A DNA stretch of 64,000 nt from an uncultured Alphaproteobacteria bacterium (GCA_963808035.1 CAWEEF010000001.1:948022-1012021); one strand, 5' to 3'; positions 21,973-30,702 are shown, numbered from the stretch's first letter. Notes: generated by a model not told the origin, from the sequence alone. Translations and numbers: made by a program.

Positions 21973-23175
21973 TCAGTAACGCGGCGGATTTGCCGGAATC
22001 GGCGGCGGCGGGTCGGCGGAAACCGACACGGCGGCTCCGGATTGCAGCTTGAGCTGCCCCACCGCGACCACGCGATCACCGGGCTTGAGGCCACTGACGA
22101 TCTCCGCTCTTCCGTCGATCCGGTTGCCGGTCCGCACAAAAGTGCGAACGGCGGTCAGGCTGGTCTTGCCGTCAGCTTCCTTCTTCTCGGTGAGGAGGAA
22201 AACCGAATCCCCGTAGAGCGTGTAATCGACCGCCGTTTCCGGCACCGTGACCACCGCCGGCTTATCGGGCAGCACCACCGTCGTCGTGACGAACATGCCG
22301 GGCTTCAGGATATGGTCCGGATTGGCGAGCGTGGCCTGAATGTGGATGTTGCGGGTATCGGTGCTGATCTGCGGCTCGATCGCGGTGATCTTTCCGTCGA
22401 AGGTCCGGCCGGGATAGGCGTCAACCACGACGCGCACGGTCTGCCCGACCTTGAGCTGCCCGCTGTCCTTTTCCGTCACGGTGAAATTCGCGTAGAGCGT
22501 CGCCAGATCCGTCAGCGTGACGATCTGGGTGCCCGCAGTCAGGAACTGGCCGACCTCGACGTGACGAACGCCGAGCACGCCGTCGAACGGCGCCCGCACC
22601 AGCTTTTGCGAGATGATCGCCTCGGTCTTGGCGATGCCGGCATTGGCCTGATCAAACGTCGCCTGCGCCTGATCGGCTGTCGCCTGCGGACCGAACTGGC
22701 GCGCCGCAAGCTGCTTGGCGCGATCGAGCGACAATTGCGCGACCACCGCCTGGGCCTTGAAGCTCGCAAGGTCGCCCTGCTCCGGGGCGTCGAACAGTTG
22801 CACCAGCGGCGCTCCCGCCTTCACCGACGCGCCGGCGGTGAACATGATGTCGGTGATGCGGCCGCTGACGTCGGAGGTGACATTGACCTGATGCACGGCC
22901 GCGAGATCGCCGACTGCCGTCAGCAGGTTCGGAATCACCTCCGATTTGGCTTCGGCAATGCTCACCGGCGTCGGCGGCGGTTTGTTGTTGGCGAAGAATT
23001 GCGCGATCATGTGGCTGCGGAACGCGTTGAAGCCGACGAGACCGCCGACCAGCAGTGCGAGCAGCAGCCCGACAATGATGAACCAGCGCACCATCCGGGC
23101 CGGACGGGTGGGCGGCTTGCCGGTAATCGCCTTGCCCGAGATATGAGCTTCGGTCACAATGTTCATGTCATGCAC
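21973..23175 (-). CDS. RND efflux periplasmic adaptor (MFP, MexH/MexV-like)
   Basis: N-terminal TM, VTSDVSGRI lipoyl half, VRAPFDG, LKPGMF, SGLKPGDRVV. Confidence 0.92.
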   Translation of the reverse strand: MHDMNIVTEAHISGKAITGKPPTRPARMVRWFIIVGLLLALLVGGLVGFNAFRSHMIAQFFANNKPPPTPVSIAEAKSEVIPNLLTAVGDLAAVHQVNVTSDVSGRITDIMFTAGASVKAGAPLVQLFDAPEQGDLASFKAQAVVAQLSLDRAKQLAARQFGPQATADQAQATFDQANAGIAKTEAIISQKLVRAPFDGVLGVRHVEVGQFLTAGTQIVTLTDLATLYANFTVTEKDSGQLKVGQTVRVVVDAYPGRTFDGKITAIEPQISTDTRNIHIQATLANPDHILKPGMFVTTTVVLPDKPAVVTVPETAVDYTLYGDSVFLLTEKKEADGKTSLTAVRTFVRTGNRIDGRAEIVSGLKPGDRVVAVGQLKLQSGAAVSVSADPPPPIPANPPRY

Positions 23176-23870
23176 CTTCTGCGGCTATCGATTGACCCGA
23201 ATCCAGCGACGTCACGCGGTCCAGGTGGGAAACAATTGCGGCGTCGCCAAGTCCGATGCCGCGGAGGATGAATTCGCACAGTTGCCGCTCGAGATCGGCG
23301 GCATGGCCGTAAGTCAGGCAGGGGACGGCCGGCAGTCTCGCCAGCGCTGCCATCAGCACGGTGTGATGCGCAAACCAAAACAGATTGAGCGGCTCGCATC
23401 CGACACGCGATGCATCGCCGGCCGCCACCGCGCGATCGAGCGAGGCGGTGAATACCGGGCCGATCAGGTTGCCGACCTTGGCGTAGAGCAGCCGCGCGAA
23501 TTCGCCATCGTCGAGATGAACTCGTGGTCATGAGCCGCAGACGTTGCGCTTCCTGCTGGTCCGGGCCCTCCGAAATCTGCAGGAAGTGGCGGACCATGCC
23601 TTTGACGAGTTCGACAAGGGTCGCGGTCGATGGCGCTTGCCCGAGCAGATGCGCGAGGTCCGGGTCGGCTTCGCATTCTTCCGTCAGGATTTCGGCGTAA
23701 AGCGCTGCTTTCGAAGGAAAATGCTTGAACAGCAAGCCTTCCGAAATGGCCGCCGCCGCCGCGACACTCCGGGTCGTGGTCCCGGCAAAACCGTGGCGGG
23801 CAAAACAGCGCTTCGCAGCGCTCAGGATGAGCTGCCGCCTCAGGTCACTGGTCATGCGCAAGGTAGACAT
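23168..23870 (-). pseudogene. TetR/AcrR regulator with +1 frameshift at ~23519-23520
   Basis: HTH (RCFARHGFAGTTTRSVAAAAAISEGLLFKHFPSKAALY) in one frame; removing one base at ATG ACC ACG AGT T CAT CTC GAC restores ...SHLDDGEFARLLYAKVGNLIG... continuing into the 23168-23428 ORF. Confidence 0.8.
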
Positions 23871-23876
23871 GGGCGT

Positions 23877-23907
23877 GTGAGTAATCACTCACCTTATCAA
23901 ATGTCAA
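23877..23907 (-). promoter_or_regulatory. Sigma70-like promoter (-35 TTGACA) overlapped by inverted-repeat operator GTGAGT-N4-ACTCAC
   Basis: Minus strand TTGACA at 23907-23902; perfect 6-bp inverted repeat 23877-23892 over the -10 position, just upstream of tetR ATG. Confidence 0.7.
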
Positions 23908-24091
23908 GGTAATATTGCAGCGCACCACGGCCGAAAAAAGGGGCCGCTCGCTACTGGGGAAAATTGCAACACAGTAGGGAAAAATTGCCCAGTTGGGCAG
24001 CTAGAACCCTGGACGCCCAACAATTTACGATTGTGTTCTTAAGGATTCGTGAGATGCTGAGAGAGCCAAAAAGGCCGCAATTGGGGGAAAT

Positions 24092-24349
24092 TTGTGCGCT
24101 TATAAGCCGCCGCCAAAGACGTTGCCCGGCTTTCCGAAGGCTGCCGGGGTCAGGCCCAAAACTTCAGTTGATAGTATTGGCAACAAGAAGCGCAAGCGAT
24201 GGGCAGAACCCGATGGCACGATTTATGAATGGGACTATCTACACGGCACTGTAGAGAAATACGACAAGCAAGGAAGGCATCAGGGTGAATTCCACCCAGA
24301 TGGCAGAAAGGCACAAGGCCCTATTCGCAATCGAAGGATTCGTCCATGA
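24092..24349 (+). CDS. Stand-alone colicin E3/pyocin S6-like cytotoxic rRNase domain (85 aa)
   Basis: KRKRWAEPDGTIYEWDYLHGTVEKYDKQGRHQGEFHP resembles ColE3 KRKRW...IYEWDSQHGELEGY...GQHLGSFDP; catalytic D-x2-H-x3-E kept; TTG start with GGGGG SD; in-frame stop at 24050-24052. Confidence 0.8.
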   Translation: MCAYKPPPKTLPGFPKAAGVRPKTSVDSIGNKKRKRWAEPDGTIYEWDYLHGTVEKYDKQGRHQGEFHPDGRKAQGPIRNRRIRP

Positions 24350-24588
24350 AAGCGGCCCATCGGCTAGTTGGGTATGATCGCCAGACCGAATCGGAAAAGT
24401 TCGAGTTGCCTATTCCCGAACCCATGTTCGGAGAGGTTCGGACGGTAGTTCGTTTTGACGATGACGATCTTGGTGCTGTTGGCTGTTATGAACTAACAGA
24501 CCGTCAGGCGCATCAGATCGCCACCATCGTCCATCGAAGAGACTTGCCTGCTGGGCTTGATTTCTTTCTGGAGGCGTACGCGCCCTAG
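24346..24588 (+). CDS. Probable cognate immunity protein (80 aa)
   Basis: ATGA overlap with toxin stop; small protein with loose resemblance to Im3-type pattern (L..YD..TE...GCYEL...DFFLE). Confidence 0.6.
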   Translation: MKAAHRLVGYDRQTESEKFELPIPEPMFGEVRTVVRFDDDDLGAVGCYELTDRQAHQIATIVHRRDLPAGLDFFLEAYAP

Positions 24589-24646
24589 CGTTTGCCTCCT
24601 TCAATGCCACGGAAAGCCCTCCGCCGCTCCGGCGCGCGCAATCAGC

Positions 24647-25237
24647 CTACATCGGCCTGAAACCCAATGCTCCCCGGATCCGATTCACAATGAAGGTGCC
24701 GTCGCGATTGGACAGCGCCCGCTCGAGATTGGCAGCATCGATTTTGACGCTGGCAAAGCGCGGCCCGGCTGAAACATCCTGCAGCGACGGGCTGAAGGCC
24801 TCGATTTCGGCCATGGTGGTCATGGCGCGCGCCTCGGCAATCCCGCAGGCGCGGGCCACACCGACGAGGTCGGCCGCGGCTGCGGTGTGGCTCGCCTGAC
24901 CGCCGGTTTCGCCGTAGCACTCATTGTCGAGCACGATGATGCTCAGGTTGCCGGGTTTCTGCAGGCCGACAGTGGCGAGGCTTCCGATCCCCATCAGCAT
25001 CTCGCCGTCGCCGGTGATCACGACCACCGGCAGCTTCGGCTGCGCCAAGGCGAGGCCGAGCCCGATCATGACGGCGCCGCCCATCGCGCCCCACATATAG
25101 AGATTGCGGTCGTGGTCGCCGGCGGCGGCAATATCGTAGGTCGAGGCGCCCAATCCGCCGACCACGATGGCGTCCTTGCGTTCCGCCAGCAGGGTTGCGA
25201 CCACGCTGCGCCGCTCGAGAAGATTTGCTTTGCTCAT
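24647..25237 (-). CDS. ThDP-dependent decarboxylase beta subunit (sulfopyruvate/phosphonopyruvate decarboxylase-like)
   Basis: WGAMGGA, ThDP motif GDGEMLM...VLDNE, TGGQ; start MSKANLL overlapping alpha-subunit stop. Confidence 0.82.
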   Translation of the reverse strand: MSKANLLERRSVVATLLAERKDAIVVGGLGASTYDIAAAGDHDRNLYMWGAMGGAVMIGLGLALAQPKLPVVVITGDGEMLMGIGSLATVGLQKPGNLSIIVLDNECYGETGGQASHTAAAADLVGVARACGIAEARAMTTMAEIEAFSPSLQDVSAGPRFASVKIDAANLERALSNRDGTFIVNRIRGALGFRPM

Positions 25238-25779
25238 TTGGTGAAGACCTTGGCGCCGATCAGGCGTTGTGACAACAGAACGGCGGTCGGTGTGCAGGCA
25301 TTGTAGGCTTGGCCGGCCGCCGCCTCGACCACCTCGCGCACCTCTTCCGGGTGGGACGCCCGCAACACCTTGATTCCCGATAACTCGAACACCGCCGCCG
25401 TGCTCGAACCCATCGGCACCTGCCACGGGTTGAATTCGCCCCATTCGCCCCGCATCGTCACCAGCGTCAGGAATGGAAAGCGGAAAATCTGGGTCAGCGA
25501 CAGCATGTTCACGCAATTGCCGACCCCGCTCGACTGCATCAGCAACACGCCGCGCTGGCCGCCGGCCCAGGCGCCGGCCAGCAGCGCCACGCCCTCTTCT
25601 TCGGTCGTGAGCGCAATCCCGCGCATCGAGGACGCTCCCAGCACGCGTTCGATCAGTTGCGAATGCCCGGCATCCGGCACGTAGGGCACCTGTCGGACAT
25701 CGAACCGCTGCAGAATCGCAAAAATTTCCTCCGGCCAGGAGGCGGCACTTTCGGCAGTTACATCGGCACGGGCGTGCAT
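25234..25779 (-). CDS. ThDP-dependent decarboxylase alpha subunit (ComD-like)
   Basis: YVPD, TTEEEGVA, LMQSSGVGN, TMRGEWGEFNPWQ. Confidence 0.82.
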   Translation of the reverse strand: MHARADVTAESAASWPEEIFAILQRFDVRQVPYVPDAGHSQLIERVLGASSMRGIALTTEEEGVALLAGAWAGGQRGVLLMQSSGVGNCVNMLSLTQIFRFPFLTLVTMRGEWGEFNPWQVPMGSSTAAVFELSGIKVLRASHPEEVREVVEAAAGQAYNACTPTAVLLSQRLIGAKVFTK

Positions 25780-25891
25780 TTTCATTTCCAGGCGGTTGAC
25801 GGAATGCATTGCGGTGCGGGACTGTAGAGCCAGCCACGGTTTCCGAAAGAGCGAAAACGGCATATCCGCCTCACCCCATGAGTATGGCAGC

Positions 25892-27112
25892 ATGAATATA
25901 AATGCGCGAGAGCTGGCGGCCGGTTTCGATCTCGAGAAACTGACACCGGAATTCTATGCCGACCCCTATCCGACCTATCGTGCACTGCGGGAGCATGAAC
26001 CGGTCAAGCTGCTGCCGAACGGCTCGTACTTTCTGACGCGCTATGACGATCTGGTCGGCACCTACAAGAACACCAAGCTGTTCAGCTCCGACAAGAAGCG
26101 GGAGTTCGCGCCGAAATACGGCGATTCCCTGCTCTACGAACACCACACCACCAGCCTTGTCTTCAACGACCCGCCGGCGCACACAAGGGTGCGGCGGTTG
26201 ATCATGGGCGCCTTGTCGCCGCGCGCCATCGCCGAGATGGAGCCCGACCTGATCGCGCTGGTCGACCGGCTGCTCGACGCCCTCGGCGCGAAAGTCGAGG
26301 TCGAACTGATCGGCGATTTCGCCGCCGCGATCCCGGTTCAGGTGATCGGCAATCTGCTCGATGTGCCGATGCCGGAGCGCGAGCCGCTGCGCGACTGGTC
26401 GCTGGCGATCCTGGGCGCGCTCGAGCCGGTGATCGGCGCCGAGGCTTTCGCGCGCGGCAACCGTGCGGTGAAGGATTTCCTCGCCTACCTGGAAGTCCTG
26501 GTCGCACGCCGCCGCGCCAAACCGGGCAACCCCGATCGCGACGTCCTGACCCGTCTCATCCAGGGCGAAGACAATGGCGAGCGACTGACGGCGAAAGAGC
26601 TGCTGCACAATTGCATATTCCTGCTCAACGCCGGACATGAGACAACGACGAACCTGATCGGCAACGGACTGGTGGCGCTGTCGCAACATCCCGCCGAGAA
26701 ACGGCGGCTGATCGAAAATCCCGGCCTCATGAAAACTGCGGTCGAGGAAATCCTCCGGTTTGAAAGCTCGAACCAGCTCGGCAACCGCATGACCACCGAG
26801 CGCGTCGATCTCGGCGGCGTCACGCTGGCGGCGGGGACGCCGGTGACGCTGTGCATCGGTGCCGCCAATCGCGACCCCGCGCAATTTGCCGATCCCGAGC
26901 GGCTCGACATCGGCCGCGCGCCGAACCGCCATCTGGCCTTCGCCACCGGTGCGCATCAATGCGCCGGCATGGCGCTGGCGCGGCTCGAAGGCGCGATCGC
27001 GATTTCGCGATTCCTGGCGCGGTTTCCGGACTACACGCTGAACGGCACGCCGGTGCGCGGCGGCCGCGTGCGCTTCCGCGGCTATCTGAGCGTGCCCTGC
27101 GCCGTCCGCTAA
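25892..27112 (+). CDS. Cytochrome P450
   Basis: I-helix AGHETT, EEILR, AANRDP, heme motif FATGAHQCAG. Confidence 0.93.
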   Translation: MNINARELAAGFDLEKLTPEFYADPYPTYRALREHEPVKLLPNGSYFLTRYDDLVGTYKNTKLFSSDKKREFAPKYGDSLLYEHHTTSLVFNDPPAHTRVRRLIMGALSPRAIAEMEPDLIALVDRLLDALGAKVEVELIGDFAAAIPVQVIGNLLDVPMPEREPLRDWSLAILGALEPVIGAEAFARGNRAVKDFLAYLEVLVARRRAKPGNPDRDVLTRLIQGEDNGERLTAKELLHNCIFLLNAGHETTTNLIGNGLVALSQHPAEKRRLIENPGLMKTAVEEILRFESSNQLGNRMTTERVDLGGVTLAAGTPVTLCIGAANRDPAQFADPERLDIGRAPNRHLAFATGAHQCAGMALARLEGAIAISRFLARFPDYTLNGTPVRGGRVRFRGYLSVPCAVR

Positions 27113-27375
27113 GGAGAATGACTTTTGATTGAACGGCCGATCCGCAGATTCAGTAAACCTCTCCCGAGCGAGTACTGGCGCTGCCCACGACGCCGGCAAA
27201 GTCCCTCGCCTCGCTGACAGGGCTTGGAGCATTGCTCAGTTGGTTGGCGCTGTTCTCGTGGTCGCGACGGCGCTATCGACTGAGGCCCCTCCGGATCGTC
27301 GGCGCCGCTACGTAGTAATAGACGGCGGACGGAATTGACCCATTGTGGTCGTCCTAGAATCCTGTATGATAGTTC

Positions 27376-27403
27376 GGCAAGGGCGCCGTTGAGCGCCCTT
27401 GCC
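27376..27403. promoter_or_regulatory. 11-bp-stem hairpin/inverted repeat 24 nt upstream of the methyltransferase start
   Basis: GGCAAGGGCGC-cgttga-GCGCCCTTGCC; no U-tract. Confidence 0.45.
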
Positions 27404-27427
27404 TCGTAGTTGAGGCGGTCAATCCAC

Positions 27428-29821
27428 ATGGACGACCAAACGGCAAAAATTTGGGCTCGGCAACTCGGATTGACCGCAACGCCACTGTTTGGTCGCGAGC
27501 GGCCGAACACAGAACAGCGCCATTTGGCTCTGCTTGATGGCGCGCGAGCGAGTTTCTTAATTTCGCCTGACGAGGATGACGATCTTTCTGAAGCGCCAGA
27601 CTGGGCATGGTCTGCCAATGTTCGGCATCACGTTGCCTTAACGCAGAAACAGGTCATCGTCTCAAGGAGTACCGGTTCGAAGGAAATATTTCAACGGCTT
27701 TCCGTCCAATCAAAATTGGATGAATTTCTTAAATACTTGGAGTTGGATTCTGGCGCACAAAAAATCCTCAGTGCCATTGATCACCTCGTGACGATTTTTC
27801 GAAAACACCGAGCTACGCTCCGTGCAGAGGCGATAGCTGTCCCCGAACTCGAAAGTTTTTTATATCTGTTGGCTCTTGCGCAAGAGAATATTACTGAAGG
27901 GCCTCTACACCATCAGGGGCGTGCAATTGTCCGAAAATACGCCCTTGGAGACTTTGATCCAAGCGGACTACGCAACAATTACGTTCTTAGGTTTGTGCAA
28001 GAATTGCAAATGAGCACAACGTCGATGCGCAAACTTATCGCGCCGGTAACGATAAGGCATGCGGGTGGCGTCCTTTTTCAAGAAGCCCATGCCGAGATAC
28101 TTTCAGAACCTGTCCAAATGACACTGTTCGGATTGGCCGATGCCGGACAACAAAAATTAGATCTGTCGCTAGGCGTCTATTACACTCCGGCCGGCCTAGC
28201 GCGAACACTCACAGAATTAGCGATTGAATCGCATCTGTCTAAGGATGTTATCCGAATACACGATCCCGCATGCGGGTCCGGAATTTTTTTGTGTGAAGCC
28301 ATAAGAGCGCTGCAGCGCAAACAGTTCAAAGGAAAGGTTGAACTTGTAGGTCTAGATGTCTCTCCTTCAGCAGTCCAAATGGCGCGTTTCTCTATTGCTT
28401 GCGCGCTCCTTGACTGGCCAACCCACAAGGTCAAATGGAATTTAGAAACTGGAAGTTACTTTGAAACGAAAAAACCGCCACATCCATTTGACGTGGTGCT
28501 CATGAACCCACCCTTCCTTTCGTGGCAGGCGCTCTCTTCTGAATTGAAGAGTGTTGTGAAAGAGACACTCGGCGAAACGTTCGCCGGCCGACCCGACCTA
28601 AGCACCGCCTTCATACAAAAGGCTTTGGGGGAAATAATTCGTGGTGGCACGCTCGCAACTCTAATTCCAAGAGGAATTTTAGATAGCCAAAAGGGATCGC
28701 AATGGAGAGAATTTCTTCTCTCCGATAACGACGTCCGCTTGATCGGGACGTTCGGCGACCACGGGCTATTTCGACATGCGATGGTGAGTATCGGAGCCGC
28801 TGTTATCGAACGCAAGTCACCTCATAATATCTCGGTTGGAGAACGCGCTGCCGTGATGGTGTGGGCTGATGAAAGAGCAGATTCTGCCGGTGGCGCTTTG
28901 AGGGCGCTCCGCCGCCGACTTTGGGCTAGCAACTCCCTGGAGGAGCGCACAGAGAGTTGGTCGATTTACTCGGTAAGATCCAATGATCTTTTACAGCGTA
29001 AAAGTTGGTTACCATCGCCGAACGCCTTGGGTTCGCTCGTTGACATAATCGAAGAGAAGCAATTTCCGAGACTGAGCAATCTGTTTCGTGTGCGCCAAGG
29101 AATTAAGACGGGGTTGAACGACGCATTCCTTCTATCCAACGATGAATTGCTTTCGTTACCGAAATCAGAACAACGGTTTTTTCGCCCAGTCGCAAATGGT
29201 GAAGACATCTTTAGCGGTCGCATTCAGTCATCCACAAATATCTTCTATGTCCCGGGAAGATTCAAATCTCGGAGGCAGCTTCTGGAAAATGTTCCTGTGT
29301 TCGGAAAAAAACTCCTAACGTTTGAAAATTCGCTAAAGCGGCGACCAAAGTCGAACCCTCAACGTTGGTGGGAACCGGTTTGGCCTCGAAAGGATTTAGC
29401 GGAGCGATCGCCGCGAATTTTCACGAAGATGTTCGGTGGCCCTGACATGGCGGCCGTTGATGCGAGGGGCGAATTTTTGCCTCTTCAGACATTTGCGTGG
29501 ATGCCTCAGTGGGAAGAAATGGGTGTCGATAAAAGCCTCAGAGAGGCGGCGCTTTGGTGGTACTGCAGGCTCTTAAATTCTCGCGTTTTTTTTCTGCTTA
29601 GAAGAGAGCTTTCTTCTGCTAGCACCGCGGGCGGGCAATTGGACGTGTCGCCGAAATATATTGATCAAATCCCCCTGCCCATCCCGGAGGCGGAAGATCT
29701 CATTCGTATGGCTTCGACGGGCATGCCGAATCTCAGTGCGACCGAAGTGAATGATGGGCTGGTGGCGATGGCATATGGGACCACGATCAATTCGTGGCCG
29801 ATCTATGCAAAGTCCAATTGA
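27428..29821 (+). CDS. Gamma-class N6-adenine DNA methyltransferase (TaqI/Eco57I-like) with C-terminal TRD and unexplained ~250-aa N-terminal region
   Basis: GVYYTP (motif X), HDPACGSGIFL (I), GLDVS, VLMNPPF (IV), FRHAMV; TRD-like RQGIKTG.....LLNS....IDQIPLP; GAGG SD 9-12 nt before ATG 27428. Confidence 0.88.
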   Translation: MDDQTAKIWARQLGLTATPLFGRERPNTEQRHLALLDGARASFLISPDEDDDLSEAPDWAWSANVRHHVALTQKQVIVSRSTGSKEIFQRLSVQSKLDEFLKYLELDSGAQKILSAIDHLVTIFRKHRATLRAEAIAVPELESFLYLLALAQENITEGPLHHQGRAIVRKYALGDFDPSGLRNNYVLRFVQELQMSTTSMRKLIAPVTIRHAGGVLFQEAHAEILSEPVQMTLFGLADAGQQKLDLSLGVYYTPAGLARTLTELAIESHLSKDVIRIHDPACGSGIFLCEAIRALQRKQFKGKVELVGLDVSPSAVQMARFSIACALLDWPTHKVKWNLETGSYFETKKPPHPFDVVLMNPPFLSWQALSSELKSVVKETLGETFAGRPDLSTAFIQKALGEIIRGGTLATLIPRGILDSQKGSQWREFLLSDNDVRLIGTFGDHGLFRHAMVSIGAAVIERKSPHNISVGERAAVMVWADERADSAGGALRALRRRLWASNSLEERTESWSIYSVRSNDLLQRKSWLPSPNALGSLVDIIEEKQFPRLSNLFRVRQGIKTGLNDAFLLSNDELLSLPKSEQRFFRPVANGEDIFSGRIQSSTNIFYVPGRFKSRRQLLENVPVFGKKLLTFENSLKRRPKSNPQRWWEPVWPRKDLAERSPRIFTKMFGGPDMAAVDARGEFLPLQTFAWMPQWEEMGVDKSLREAALWWYCRLLNSRVFFLLRRELSSASTAGGQLDVSPKYIDQIPLPIPEAEDLIRMASTGMPNLSATEVNDGLVAMAYGTTINSWPIYAKSN

Positions 29822-30542
29822 AAAGAGTGAATTTGCCAGCCACTTACAGCGACTCCGGCGAATTTTTGACCGCCGGGTTGAAGCCAAGCATGGTGACAAT
29901 TTTCAAATGTCGATCCTGCCAAATCGAAGAGGAATGACCAACGTTACTCTGCAAAAAAACTCATCAACCGTAGACGCAATTAGCGACCTCGACCGGGAAG
30001 AGGTATGCGTCGTTCTGAAAAGTTCATCCAAAACGAGCATATTGTGCGCTTATTTTGAAAGCTGGCAATCCGCTGGCAAAGAGCGTCTCATGTTTCAAAA
30101 TGCTTCAATGACCTTCTTTCTAAATTTTGAGGATGGGGGGTCATCCACCACAAAACAAATATTTCGGCTCGAGTGGGAGAATTGGTACAATCAAAATCCG
30201 CCGAACAGTGCAGCATACCCTCATTGGCAATTCGACCGGTGGCTGACAGCGTCGGACACCAATCTTTTGGAAGATTTACGCGAAAGCTTGGAGGGCGCTC
30301 CGTCGGAGGAGTCTGTTTTTGAGACTGCAGAACGGCAAGTTAAGCGGAAGCGGCCGGACCTAGGGTGGTTCACCAAAATACATTTTCCTTCGAACGCCCC
30401 GTGGGCCACGAATCCTGTTCCCGTGCTTGACGTAGGTGTTCAATCCCACCGGTCCCTGCCAAGCTCGCCAAAGGCAATCGAGGATTGGCTCGATTCCGCT
30501 CTGTGCTATCTTAAAGGCGAATTGCTGGCACACGCCAGCTAG
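29805..30542 (+). CDS. Hypothetical protein (245 aa), partner of the methyltransferase
   Basis: Long ORF in low-GC DNA overlapping MTase end by 17 nt; motifs YFESW, QIFRLEWE, AYPHWQFD, KIHFP. Confidence 0.75.
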   Translation: MQSPIEKSEFASHLQRLRRIFDRRVEAKHGDNFQMSILPNRRGMTNVTLQKNSSTVDAISDLDREEVCVVLKSSSKTSILCAYFESWQSAGKERLMFQNASMTFFLNFEDGGSSTTKQIFRLEWENWYNQNPPNSAAYPHWQFDRWLTASDTNLLEDLRESLEGAPSEESVFETAERQVKRKRPDLGWFTKIHFPSNAPWATNPVPVLDVGVQSHRSLPSSPKAIEDWLDSALCYLKGELLAHAS

Positions 30543-30702
30543 TCGGGGGCTTCCAAAGTTCGAAATCACATCGCTGCTCTCGAAAGAACTCGAATTTCGT
30601 GGCTAACGTGCGCGTTGCATATGAGCGGTTTCATGGAATTGATCGTCTAGTTGAAAGGCTAAGCGGCCTGTTCCGAAAACGAGTGGCCTAATTCGGCCGG
30701 TA

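Noticed and set aside
23964-24254. 96-aa ORF overlapping the toxin in another frame, considered as a frameshifted delivery domain
   Set aside because: No recognisable Rhs, CDI or signal motif; looks like non-coding read-through
27129-27338. 69-aa ORF at the island's left edge ending VVIDGGRN
   Set aside because: Non-ATG start, no RBS, no family signal; cannot be supported
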